Source of the DNA: Alkalispirochaeta sp.
Lineage (GTDB): Bacteria; Spirochaetota; Spirochaetia; DSM-27196; Alkalispirochaetaceae
Reading direction: 5' to 3'
Assembly (NCBI GenBank): GCA_965601925.1
Contig: OZ271854.1
Coordinates: 4,576,001 to 4,640,000, forward strand
Length of the DNA: 64,000 bases
Below, in pieces: positions 48,156 to 57,809 of this stretch (its first letter is position 1; every line of letters begins with the position of its first letter). The position numbers were made by a program, and so were the translations under genes. The notes below the pieces were generated by a model. It saw only the letters and a list, made by a program, of their open reading frames with translations. It did not search any database and was not told the DNA's origin.

Positions 48156-49142
48156 ATGCTTACCTATATCCTGCGACGGCTGCTCTACATGATACCGACA
48201 CTCTTCGCCGTCTCGTTGGTAGCGTTCATTATCATTCAACTTCCCCCGGGGGATTATCTGACGACCTACATGGCGGAGCTCGAGTCCGAGGGCGGTGTGA
48301 TGGATCAGCAGGAGCTCGAGTATCTCAGAGAGCGCTACGGCTTGGACCAGCCGATTCATGTCCAGTATTTCAAGTGGATCTCGGGGATTCTCCTTCGCGG
48401 CGACTTCGGATACTCCTTTGAATGGGAACGCCCCGTCCGCCTGATGATCTGGACCCGCGTCGGCCTCACCTTTGTGGTAACCCTGACGACGCTCCTCTTC
48501 GTGTGGGCCGTTGCATTTCCCATCGGTTTCTACTCAGCGGTGCGGCAGTACTCGGTCGGCGACTATATCGCGACCTTTTTCGGATTCATCGGCCTTGCAA
48601 CGCCCAACTTCCTGCTCGCCCTTATCCTGATGTATGTCGGGTTTCGATACTTCGGTCAGAGCGTGGGCGGGCTCTTCTCTCCGGAGTACATGGACGCCCC
48701 GTGGAGTGTTGCGCGCTTTCTCAACCTCCTTTCGCACCTCTGGATACCGGTGGTCGTCCTCGGCACGGCCGGAACGGCCTCTCTCATCCGCGTCATGCGC
48801 GCCAACTTGCTGGACGAGTTGCGCAAGCCCTACGTCGTGACGGCGCGCGCCAAGGGGCTGAGCGAGGCGCGCCTGTTGGTGAAGTACCCCGTACGGGTCG
48901 CTCTCAACCCCTTTGTCAGCACCCTCGGATGGGTGCTGCCGCGTCTGGTATCGGGATCGGTCGTAACCGCCGTCGTTCTCAACCTTCCCACGACGGGGCC
49001 GATCATGCTCAGGGCCCTCCGATCACAAGACATGTATCTGGCGGGCAGCTTCGTGCTGCTACTCAGCACGCTGACCGTCATCGGGACGCTCGTCTCGGAC
49101 ATACTGCTCGCCTGGCTCGACCCGCGCATCCGTTACCACTGA
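48156..49142 (+). CDS. ABC transporter permease (DppB/OppB type)
   Basis: YILRRLL, LPPGD, YGLDQP, GDFGYSF, YVVTARAKGL, LDPRIR. Confidence 0.95.
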   Translation: MLTYILRRLLYMIPTLFAVSLVAFIIIQLPPGDYLTTYMAELESEGGVMDQQELEYLRERYGLDQPIHVQYFKWISGILLRGDFGYSFEWERPVRLMIWTRVGLTFVVTLTTLLFVWAVAFPIGFYSAVRQYSVGDYIATFFGFIGLATPNFLLALILMYVGFRYFGQSVGGLFSPEYMDAPWSVARFLNLLSHLWIPVVVLGTAGTASLIRVMRANLLDELRKPYVVTARAKGLSEARLLVKYPVRVALNPFVSTLGWVLPRLVSGSVVTAVVLNLPTTGPIMLRALRSQDMYLAGSFVLLLSTLTVIGTLVSDILLAWLDPRIRYH

Positions 49143-49167
49143 TCCGTAGTTACGAGGAGAACAGACT

Positions 49168-50379
49168 GTGAGTACCGATATACAACACGATGAACACGCA
49201 CCCGGCGCCGCACCGGAGTCCAACGGCGTCGATACGACGCGCACTGCCGTTGCACCGGACGACCTTCCGTCGCCCCCCCTCGATGAGTCGCGCGTCGCCG
49301 TCGCCGGACAATGGCAGCTCATGTGGTGGAAGTTCCGCAAACACAAGCTTGCGATGGCCGGGGGCATCGTCGTCATACTGATTTATCTCGTCTCGATCTT
49401 TGCCGAGTTCCTCGCACCCTTTCCCCGGGAGTTGTATCGCGCCGATTTCACATACGCGCCTCCCATGAGGTTACGGTTTCGGATGCCGACGGATGATGGA
49501 GGGTATCGTTTTCACCCCTTCGTCTACGGCTACGATGTGGAAGTCGATCCCGTCGCCCTTCGTCGCATTTTTATCGAGGACCGCAGCCGCGTTATCCCGG
49601 TCGGATTCCTCGTCCGCGGATACGAGTACCGTCTACTCGGACTCTTCCCCGCTCGCCGCCACCTCATCGGTCCGGTACACGAGGGCGATCCGATGTATCT
49701 ATTGGGGGCCGATAGGCTGGGTCGCGACCTGTTCAGCAGGATAATCTACGGCACGCGGGTATCTACCTCGATCGGACTGGTGGGTGTCGCCCTGAGCTTC
49801 TTTCTCGGGATCCTTCTCGGCGGTATCTCGGGGCTGTACGGCGGTACGGTGGACATCATGATTCAGCGCGTCATCGAGTTCTTACGCGCCATCCCCACGA
49901 TCCCGCTTTGGATGGGCCTCGCCGCCGCCATTCCCCTCGACTGGCCGCCGCTACGCGTCTACTTTGCCATCACCGTCATCCTCTCACTGATCGGGTGGAC
50001 CGGCCTGGCACGGGTCGTTCGCGGACGGTTTCTCTCTCTGCGCACCGAGGACTTTGTCGTTGCCGCGCGGCTGGACGGTGCACCGCAGGTCCGGATCATC
50101 TTCCGACACATGGTGCCCTCCTTTTTGAGCCATATCATCACCCGCATTACCCTCTCGGTTCCGGGGATGATCCTCAGTGAGACCTCTCTCAGCTTTCTCG
50201 GTATCGGCCTCAGACCGCCGGTAGTCAGTTGGGGAGTGCTATTGAACGAGGCGCAGAACATCCGCGCCGTTGCGACGGCGCCGTGGCTCCTGACGCCGGG
50301 GATCGCGGTCATCGTCGCCGTCTTAGCACTCAACTTCTTGGGCGACGGCCTGCGCGACGCCGCCGATCCGTATCGATAG
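49168..50379 (+). CDS. ABC transporter permease (DppC/OppC type)
   Basis: WWKFRKHKLA, LGADRLGRDLFSRIIYG, FVVAARLDGA, ETSLSFLGIG, GDGLRDAADP. Confidence 0.95.
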   Translation: MSTDIQHDEHAPGAAPESNGVDTTRTAVAPDDLPSPPLDESRVAVAGQWQLMWWKFRKHKLAMAGGIVVILIYLVSIFAEFLAPFPRELYRADFTYAPPMRLRFRMPTDDGGYRFHPFVYGYDVEVDPVALRRIFIEDRSRVIPVGFLVRGYEYRLLGLFPARRHLIGPVHEGDPMYLLGADRLGRDLFSRIIYGTRVSTSIGLVGVALSFFLGILLGGISGLYGGTVDIMIQRVIEFLRAIPTIPLWMGLAAAIPLDWPPLRVYFAITVILSLIGWTGLARVVRGRFLSLRTEDFVVAARLDGAPQVRIIFRHMVPSFLSHIITRITLSVPGMILSETSLSFLGIGLRPPVVSWGVLLNEAQNIRAVATAPWLLTPGIAVIVAVLALNFLGDGLRDAADPYR

Positions 50380-50388
50380 GAGGAGACC

Positions 50389-51462
50389 GTGTCGGATACT
50401 TCACGCTTCAAAGCGCCCGTCACCGACGACCACGACCGGCCGGCGGGGGATGTGCTACTCGAGCTCAAGGAGCTTCGTACCCATTTCTTCACCGACGAGG
50501 GAGTCGTCAAGGCTGTCGACGGGGTGAACTTTCGTATCAAGCGGGGCGAGACGTTCTGCGTCGTCGGGGAGTCGGGGTGCGGAAAGTCGGTCACGGCCTT
50601 CTCGATACTGAACTTGGTGGAACCGCCGGGACGCATCGTCTCCGGCGAGATTCTCTATCGCAACCCCGACGACGATACGGTCAAGGACCTCGCCGCGATG
50701 GACCGCAAGGGAAGCGAACTGCGGCGCATTCGCGGACACGACATCGCCATGATCTTCCAGGAGCCGATGTCCTCCCTGAGCCCGGTACACACGATCGGGG
50801 ATCAGATCGGAGAGGCGATACGGCTCCACAACGACCATATGACCAAGCGCGCGATCACCGAGGAGACGATCCGTCTCCTAAGGCGAGTCGGTCTTCCTCG
50901 CGCCGAGACGCAGATCGACTCCTATCCCTTTCAATTGTCTGGCGGCATGCGCCAGCGAGCGATGATCGCGATGGCCCTCTCGTGCAAACCCAAGCTCCTG
51001 ATCGCCGATGAGCCGACTACCGCGTTGGACGTCACCATGCAGGCGGTAATCTTGGATCTCATCAAAGAGCTCCAAGAGGACTTCGGCATGTCGGTCATGT
51101 TTATCACTCACGATTTGGGCGTCGTTGCCGAGATCGCCGACAACGTGGCGGTGATGTATCTGGGCAGCGTGGTGGAACATGGGAGCGTTGAGGCGATATT
51201 CAACGATCCGAAGCACCCCTATACGCAGGCCCTGCTCCGGTCGATTCCGATGATCGGCGCGACGCGGCACCAGCGGCTCAATACGATCCGCGGCATGGTT
51301 CCCCACCCCTTTGCGCGCCCCGGCGGGTGCCCGTTCCACGACCGGTGCGACCAGTTTATGCCCGGGCGGTGCAACACGATCGTGCCGACCGATACTGCAA
51401 CCGAGGACGGGCGCACCGTGCGCTGCCTCCTCTACGAAGACGACACCGCGGGAGGTCGATGA
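50389..51462 (+). CDS. ABC transporter ATP-binding protein (DppD type)
   Basis: [36 protein letters not shown]-terminal domain. Confidence 0.96.
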   Translation: MSDTSRFKAPVTDDHDRPAGDVLLELKELRTHFFTDEGVVKAVDGVNFRIKRGETFCVVGESGCGKSVTAFSILNLVEPPGRIVSGEILYRNPDDDTVKDLAAMDRKGSELRRIRGHDIAMIFQEPMSSLSPVHTIGDQIGEAIRLHNDHMTKRAITEETIRLLRRVGLPRAETQIDSYPFQLSGGMRQRAMIAMALSCKPKLLIADEPTTALDVTMQAVILDLIKELQEDFGMSVMFITHDLGVVAEIADNVAVMYLGSVVEHGSVEAIFNDPKHPYTQALLRSIPMIGATRHQRLNTIRGMVPHPFARPGGCPFHDRCDQFMPGRCNTIVPTDTATEDGRTVRCLLYEDDTAGGR

Positions 51463-52517
51463 CCATGAGTTCCGACAATACGGCCCCTTCCACGACCAGT
51501 CTCCTGGAAGTGAAAAATCTGAAGATGCACTTTCCGATCCACGCGGGACTCTTTCGGCGCACCGTGGGATACGTGAAGGCCGTCGACGACGTGAGCCTCA
51601 CGGTACGCAGCGGGGAGACCCTCGGTCTCGTAGGCGAGTCGGGATGCGGAAAGACGACTCTCGGTCGCAGCATCATGCGCATCTACAAACCGACCGCCGG
51701 CGAGATTCTGTACAACGACGGGAAGCGAAACGTCGATCTCGCGACCCTCGACGAGGCGGCCCTCAAGCCGTACCGTCGCGAAATCCGTATGATCTTTCAG
51801 GATCCGTACACCAGCCTCAACCCGCGCATGCCGGTCCTCGAGATCGTCGGAGAGGCGCTCAAGGTCAACCACGTCGCATCGAAGACGGAGATCGAGGATC
51901 GCGTCGCCGATTTGCTGCGGCGCGTCGGACTCCGTCCGGAGTACATCCGTCGATATCCCCACGCCTTTTCCGGGGGGGAGCGTCAGCGGATCGGTATCGC
52001 CCGCGCCCTTGCGCTCAATCCGCGGCTCATTGTCGCCGACGAGCCGGTCTCGGCGCTCGACGTCTCGGTGCAGGCGCAGACGCTCAACCTCCTTCAGGAC
52101 CTCCAGGAGGAGTTCGGACTGACGTACGTGTTCGTCGCCCACGACCTGAGCGTTATCGAACACCTGAGTACCCGTGCCGCGGTGATGTACGTCGGGAAGA
52201 TCGTCGAGGTGGCGGATATCGAGCCCCTCTATACGACGCCGAAACACCCCTACACCGAGGCGCTGCTCTCCGCGGTACCGAAGGCGAATCCGAAGCTGCG
52301 TAACGCCGGAAAGCGCGTCCGTCTCAAGGGCGAGGTGGCGGACCCGGCCAATCCCCCGACGGGATGCTACTTTCATCCGCGGTGTCCGTACGCCCAGAAG
52401 ATATGCTCCGAGAAGGAGCCGGAGCTACGCGATATCGGCAGCGGGCGACGAGTCGCGTGTCACTTCGCCGAGGAGCTTGCGCTCAAGGGTGCACAGACGC
52501 AAGGCTCGGTCGCATAA
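51459..52517 (+). CDS. ABC transporter ATP-binding protein (DppF type)
   Basis: [39 protein letters not shown] overlap with the previous gene. Confidence 0.96.
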   Translation: MTMSSDNTAPSTTSLLEVKNLKMHFPIHAGLFRRTVGYVKAVDDVSLTVRSGETLGLVGESGCGKTTLGRSIMRIYKPTAGEILYNDGKRNVDLATLDEAALKPYRREIRMIFQDPYTSLNPRMPVLEIVGEALKVNHVASKTEIEDRVADLLRRVGLRPEYIRRYPHAFSGGERQRIGIARALALNPRLIVADEPVSALDVSVQAQTLNLLQDLQEEFGLTYVFVAHDLSVIEHLSTRAAVMYVGKIVEVADIEPLYTTPKHPYTEALLSAVPKANPKLRNAGKRVRLKGEVADPANPPTGCYFHPRCPYAQKICSEKEPELRDIGSGRRVACHFAEELALKGAQTQGSVA

Positions 52518-52541
52518 CGCTATTCGAGAAGGGACCACACA

Positions 52542-53474
52542 GTGATCTATCGAGAATTCGGAAATCTTGGTTGGAAGGTGTCGGCGGTGGGACTCGGTAC
52601 GTGGAACATCGGGAATCAGTGGGGGGACATCGACGAGGCGACCGCCGTCGCAACGATCGAGGGCGCCCTGCAAGGTGGGATGAACCTCTTCGACACCGCC
52701 GATTCGTACGGTATTCCCAACGGGCTGTCCGAGGAGCGGTTGGGACGCGCCCTTGCGGGGCGGCGTCACGGCGTCTACATCGTCGGCAAGGTCGGTAACT
52801 GGGGTAAGCGAACGGGCCAAACGGTCCCTATCACCACCGTCGATATGGTACGTCTCTGTGTACACGCCAGCCTCTACCGGCTGCACACCGATTGGCTCGA
52901 CGTCGTTCTCTGCCACAAGGGCGATATCGAGGATCCGACGCCGTTCGTCGAGGGGTTCGAGCAGCTGGAGCGGGAGGGCAAGATCCGCGCGTACGGCATA
53001 TCGACGAAGAGCTTGGACGTTCTCAAGCGGTTCAACGAGAACGGTCGCTGCCGCGTGGTGGAGACCGACTACTCCCTCCTCAACCTCAAACAGGAGAACG
53101 GTATCCTGCCGTACTGTGAGGAGCACGGTATTGCGGTGCTCGTGCGCGGGCCGTTGGCCAAAGGGCTGTTATCGGGCAAGTACGCTCCGGGAGCGAGTTT
53201 CTCCGACTCGGTGCGCTCGCGGTGGCACGACGGCGGGACAAAGCAGGCGCAACTGGACGCCGATCTGAGGCGCGTCGGGAGAATCGCCGAAGTATACGAA
53301 CCGGGCCTGTCGATGGTGACCGCCGCTCTGCGCTACACCATCTCGCACCCGTGTCGCCCCGTGACGATCCCCGGCGCCAAATCGGCGGGACAGGCGGCGA
53401 TGAACGCCGCCGCCGGCGATCGCGAGCTCACCGACCGCGAGCGTGAGCACCTGAGGTCGCTCGTCGAAGCGTAA
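52542..53474 (+). CDS. Aldo/keto reductase
   Basis: GLGTW, FDTADSYG (Asp/Tyr), GKVG (Lys), LCH (His), PLAKGLLSGKY, IPGAK. Confidence 0.93.
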   Translation: MIYREFGNLGWKVSAVGLGTWNIGNQWGDIDEATAVATIEGALQGGMNLFDTADSYGIPNGLSEERLGRALAGRRHGVYIVGKVGNWGKRTGQTVPITTVDMVRLCVHASLYRLHTDWLDVVLCHKGDIEDPTPFVEGFEQLEREGKIRAYGISTKSLDVLKRFNENGRCRVVETDYSLLNLKQENGILPYCEEHGIAVLVRGPLAKGLLSGKYAPGASFSDSVRSRWHDGGTKQAQLDADLRRVGRIAEVYEPGLSMVTAALRYTISHPCRPVTIPGAKSAGQAAMNAAAGDRELTDREREHLRSLVEA

Positions 53475-53494
53475 AATAGGGAGATGCGCACGCG

Positions 53495-54685
53495 GTGAAA
53501 ATCGAGAAGATCGAGACGCTCTTTGTCGATCGGTACCTCTTTGTGAAGGTTTACACCGACACGGGGGTCGTCGGCCTGGGAGAGTCCGGCGCGTGGGGCT
53601 ACCTCGAGGCCTCGGCCGAGGCGGTCAAGACCTTTGCGCGCTACCTTATCGGCAAGGATCCCCTGCGACGGGCACACCATTGGGAGTACTTGTATCGCTA
53701 TAGCCACTTTCGCGGGGCGGCGATTATGGGGGCGCTGAGCGCCGTCGATATCGCGCTGTGGGACATCGCGGGCAAACACTTCGACGTCCCGTGTTATGAG
53801 CTCTTCGGCGGGAAGATGCGCGACAAAGCGCGCGTGTATGTTCACGTCCACGGCGATACGAAGGAGCGCCTCTATGAGGGGTGTCGCCAAGCAAAGAGGC
53901 GCGGGTACACCGCCGTGGGCCACCTCACGCCGTTTCTCGACTCCGATAAGGGTACGCCCTATTTTCAGACCCACGTCGACCGGATGCGCGACGGTATCGA
54001 GACGGTCGGCGCCTATCGGGATATCGTCGGACGGGATGTCGATCTCTGTATCGAGCTCCACCGGCGCCTCACCCCCGCCGAGGCGATCGCCCTCGGCCGC
54101 GGCATCGAGAAGTATCACCCCTTTTTCTTTGAGGATCCGATACGGCCCGACCGCCTGGACGAGATGGCGCTGGTCCAGCGAGAGACGCCCGTTCCCGTGG
54201 CGACGGGAGAGCGAATCCATACGATCTTTGAGTTTGCGTCGCTCCTCGAGCGGCGCGCGATGCGCTACGCTCGCATCAGCGTGTGCCTCGCCGGAGGGCT
54301 GACCCACGCCAAGAAGATAGCCGCCCTCGCCGAGGCGTATCACGTCGCGGTGGTGCCGCACAATCCGCTGAGCGCGGTGAGCACCGCGGCGTGCCTCCAG
54401 CTCGACGCCGCCGTTCCCAACTTTGCCCTGCAGGAGCTTACGACGGGGCAGGCGGTGGCGATGGCTCCGACAGACGAGGACGATGCGTGGTACGATCCGG
54501 GCCCCGGCACGCTCGCCATGGACATTCTCAAGGAGCCCCTAAAGATCGAAGACGGCTATCTCCTCCTACCCGAGAGACCGGGCATCGGCGTCGAGCTCAC
54601 GGAAAACGCCGCGGAACTCTACCCGTATCGCCCGCGTGCCGTACGTACCCAGCTCCACGTCGACGGCTCCGTAGTGGACCAATAG
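53495..54685 (+). CDS. Galactonate dehydratase (DgoD)-like enolase-superfamily acid-sugar dehydratase
   Basis: MKIEKIETL..DRYLFVKV.TD.G..GLGE, SAVDIALWDI.GK, IELH, FEDP, ATGER, VPHNP, C-terminal DGSVVDQ. Confidence 0.85.
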   Translation: MKIEKIETLFVDRYLFVKVYTDTGVVGLGESGAWGYLEASAEAVKTFARYLIGKDPLRRAHHWEYLYRYSHFRGAAIMGALSAVDIALWDIAGKHFDVPCYELFGGKMRDKARVYVHVHGDTKERLYEGCRQAKRRGYTAVGHLTPFLDSDKGTPYFQTHVDRMRDGIETVGAYRDIVGRDVDLCIELHRRLTPAEAIALGRGIEKYHPFFFEDPIRPDRLDEMALVQRETPVPVATGERIHTIFEFASLLERRAMRYARISVCLAGGLTHAKKIAALAEAYHVAVVPHNPLSAVSTAACLQLDAAVPNFALQELTTGQAVAMAPTDEDDAWYDPGPGTLAMDILKEPLKIEDGYLLLPERPGIGVELTENAAELYPYRPRAVRTQLHVDGSVVDQ

Positions 54686-54687
54686 GG

Positions 54688-55947
54688 GTGGTGAGATCGT
54701 CGCATGACGGTTCGTCGAGGACGGCGAAAGAGAACGGTGTAATCGTGTATTCCCAGCCAGCGGGCCATGAACTACGCCGGCTCGTTATGGCGATCTACGT
54801 TCCCACTTTTCTCGTCGCTATGGGGCGCGGCATGGTACTCCCGGTTCGCCCCCTCTTTGCCCGTGACCTGGGGGCGGGACTCGGCGAGACGGGACTCATC
54901 GTCGCCCTCTTCGGAATCGGAAGTCTCATGGCGGACCTCCCCGCCGGCGCCCTCGTCTCCCGCTTCTCGCACAAACGCATCACGATCGGTGCCGTGGGCG
55001 CCGCGGCGCTGTTCTCGGCGGCTACCGGCTTTGTCACATCGGCACCGCTGTTGGGAGCGCTCACTATCCTGTCCGGTTTCTCGATCTCAATTTGGTTTCT
55101 CACGCGTCTCGACTATTTGCGCCACGCCGTAAAAAAGGGACGCCGCGGTCGAGCCCTCGCGATCCTGGGCGGCGCCGGGCGCCTCGGCTTCTTTATCGGT
55201 CCGATGGTGGGTGGGCTCCTCGGAGAACGATTTGGACTTCACTTCGCATTTTGGGGCGAGGCGACGTGCTTTGCCCTTGCAACGCTCTTTCTCACCGGCG
55301 TTCCCCGACTAAGAGGCTCGGTACGGACCAACGGAGAGACGGCGTTCGGAAGGACCCTTCGCGAGCACAAGCGCGTCTTTCTCACCGCCACCCTGTCGAT
55401 GGTCGCATTGGCCCTCGTGCGCGCAGGACGGTCGTTGCTCATCCCCCTATGGGGAGATGCGATCGGCCTGGACGTCGCCGCGGTCGGTCTCGTCGTCGGC
55501 CTTGCATGGGGTACCGATATGCTCCTCTTCTACCCGGTGGGCATGATTATGGACAAAGTGGGACGCAAGTGGACCGCACTCCCCTGCTTCGGGCTCCTCT
55601 CCGCAAGCCTCTTCCTCCTTCCGACCGCGCGCACGCTCCCGATGCTGCTCCTTGTCGTAATGCTTGCCGGTATCGGTAACGGATTCGGGAGCGGTATCAA
55701 CATGACCCTCAGCACCGACATGGCGCCCCGGGACTCGTCGGGGAGCTTCCTCGGGTTGTGGCGCCTCATGGTCGACACCGGAACGGTCGCCGGTCCGTTT
55801 CTCGTTGGTGTCGTGGCGCACGCGGCGACGCTGGGGACGGCGGCTCTGGCGGTCGGCGGCGTCGGTCTTGTCGGCGCAACGATTCTTTTGGTATCGGTGC
55901 CGGAGCCCATAGGCGGAAAAGGCCGGCGCGTCAAAGCCGCTCCATAG
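54688..55947 (+). CDS. MFS transporter
   Basis: About 12 TM helices; G.LVSRFSHK and GMIMDKVGRK loop motifs; RGRALA. Start uncertain (54688 or 54745). Confidence 0.9.
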   Translation: MVRSSHDGSSRTAKENGVIVYSQPAGHELRRLVMAIYVPTFLVAMGRGMVLPVRPLFARDLGAGLGETGLIVALFGIGSLMADLPAGALVSRFSHKRITIGAVGAAALFSAATGFVTSAPLLGALTILSGFSISIWFLTRLDYLRHAVKKGRRGRALAILGGAGRLGFFIGPMVGGLLGERFGLHFAFWGEATCFALATLFLTGVPRLRGSVRTNGETAFGRTLREHKRVFLTATLSMVALALVRAGRSLLIPLWGDAIGLDVAAVGLVVGLAWGTDMLLFYPVGMIMDKVGRKWTALPCFGLLSASLFLLPTARTLPMLLLVVMLAGIGNGFGSGINMTLSTDMAPRDSSGSFLGLWRLMVDTGTVAGPFLVGVVAHAATLGTAALAVGGVGLVGATILLVSVPEPIGGKGRRVKAAP

Positions 55948-55969
55948 TCGCCCGGTCGGGGCACACGAG

Positions 55970-56572
55970 GTGAAACCGATGGATTACACGAAACGGATGG
56001 ATGAACCCTTACTCCTTCAAGCGCTCTCCCTCGATACCCCGCCGTCCGTACGGGAGATGCTACGCGAGATCGGGCCGGGTGAGAACGGTTTCCATAATTT
56101 CCCGTTCGAGTTTGCCGAGGACGAGTGGAACGTCTACCTGAGACGCAACATGGAGATGGCGGAGGGCGTCGGGCTCGCTCCGTCGATGGTGGCACAGACC
56201 ACCTATTGGCTCTTTGCAGCCGATAGACCGGTCGGCGTGAGCCGATTGCGGCACAGCCTTACGGACAAGCTCCGCGTCGAGGGCGGGCATATCGGCTATT
56301 GCATACGGCCGGCGGAGCGGGGCCGAGGATACGGGAGAGAGATACTGCGTCTCACGCTGTCGGTGGCGTTTGGAAAGGGCATCGCCGAAGTTCTCGTCAC
56401 CTGTAACGAGGATAACACCGCGTCCCGACGGGTGATCGAGGGCAACGGCGGGGTGCTTCGGGACCGCACCGGCATCGTCTGTCGCTACACGATCACCGGC
56501 GATACGTTCCGTCGAGCCACTGCGCATCGTCAAACTCCAGGGCGATCGGCTCCCCGGAGAACTCGATCTTGA
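55970..56572 (+). CDS. GNAT-family N-acetyltransferase
   Basis: GGHIGYCIRPAERGRGYG and LVTCNEDNTASRRVIEGNGG. Confidence 0.9.
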   Translation: MKPMDYTKRMDEPLLLQALSLDTPPSVREMLREIGPGENGFHNFPFEFAEDEWNVYLRRNMEMAEGVGLAPSMVAQTTYWLFAADRPVGVSRLRHSLTDKLRVEGGHIGYCIRPAERGRGYGREILRLTLSVAFGKGIAEVLVTCNEDNTASRRVIEGNGGVLRDRTGIVCRYTITGDTFRRATAHRQTPGRSAPRRTRS

Positions 56573-57809
56573 CCACGGCGGCCAAGGGGTCCGGAGGCTC
56601 CTCCGGTAGACCGGCGATGCGCCACCGCGCATTGGAGAGCGCCTCCACGGTAAGGGTATCGCCGGTGGTTAGGAGCGCAGCCGAAAGCACCTCGGGTCCG
56701 ATCTGACTCAAGATGATCGCGGGACCGGGATAATAGAATAGGGTGAGATAGGCGATCCTGCCGCGGGTGGTGAACATGCCGTAGTGGAAGCACGGTCCCT
56801 GCTTGGGAGTCGTGTAGATGCCGCCCGGTGAGGTACCGTAGACCGCTTCGCCGTGGCGACGGAGCCAACGCCCGATCGCCCGCAACGCGTCGTCGTCGCG
56901 ACGGCTTAAGGTCCCGTCTCCCCGGGGACCGACGTTGAAAAGGAGATTTCCTCCGAGCCGTACGGCGTTCATCACGTGCCACAAGACCTCGCCGTGACTC
57001 TTGTCGGCTGTCGGTCGGCGGAGATGGCCCCATCCCGGCGCGAAGTTGAGGGTCATGCACGCCTCCCACGCGCGGTCGGCGTCATCCTCGGGCGTGACGT
57101 GCTGCTCCGGCGTGCCGAAGTCTTCCGGTACACCCGATCGATTATTGATGATGATATCGGGCTGGCAGGCGCGTACGCGTTCGTTGAGCTCGTCGGTGCG
57201 ATAAAACTCCGCCGGTGTCACGTCGATCGGTCGACCCGTCCACCCGAACGCCCCGGGGACGCGCCGACCGGGCACTGCGGCGATGTCGTACCAGAGGATG
57301 TCGACGGTACCGTAGCGCGTCATGAGCTCTTCGACCTGTCTGTGGAGCTCGTTCACCATCGCCGGAAGGTCGTCGGGATACCCGGCGGGATCCCAAAAGC
57401 CGCGCCATCGCCACGTGTGGACCGAGTAGTAAAAGCCGACGCGCAACCCCGCCTCCCGCGCCGCGGCGACGTACTCGGCCACGAGGTCGCGCCGCGGTCC
57501 CGTCTCGGCCGCATTGTAGTCGTGGGTGTCGGTATCCCAGAGGCAGTACCCGTCGTGGTGCCGCGTCGTCAACACGATGTATTTGGCCCCGGCGTCGGCC
57601 GCCGCCGTCGCGACTCGACGCGCCCAACCGACGGCGGGCCGGAAGTCGGCGGCGAGGCGCTCATACTCTCCAAGCGGCATCATCTCGCGCACCATGACTT
57701 GCTCGCCGCGGCCGAGGGCGGAGTAGATCCCCCAGTGTACGAACACGCCGAACTTGGCGTCGCGAAACCACCGCAGACGCGCGCGCCTGTCGACGTCGCC
57801 CTCGCTCAC
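56493..57809 (-). CDS. Alpha-L-fucosidase (GH29)
   Basis: WFRDAKFGVFVHWG, TTRHHDGYCLW, GFYYS, ILWYD (nucleophile), INNR, DFGTPEQ, WEAC, GNLLFNVGP. Confidence 0.94.
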   Translation of the reverse strand: MSEGDVDRRARLRWFRDAKFGVFVHWGIYSALGRGEQVMVREMMPLGEYERLAADFRPAVGWARRVATAAADAGAKYIVLTTRHHDGYCLWDTDTHDYNAAETGPRRDLVAEYVAAAREAGLRVGFYYSVHTWRWRGFWDPAGYPDDLPAMVNELHRQVEELMTRYGTVDILWYDIAAVPGRRVPGAFGWTGRPIDVTPAEFYRTDELNERVRACQPDIIINNRSGVPEDFGTPEQHVTPEDDADRAWEACMTLNFAPGWGHLRRPTADKSHGEVLWHVMNAVRLGGNLLFNVGPRGDGTLSRRDDDALRAIGRWLRRHGEAVYGTSPGGIYTTPKQGPCFHYGMFTTRGRIAYLTLFYYPGPAIILSQIGPEVLSAALLTTGDTLTVEALSNARWRIAGLPEEPPDPLAAVVKIEFSGEPIALEFDDAQWLDGTYRR

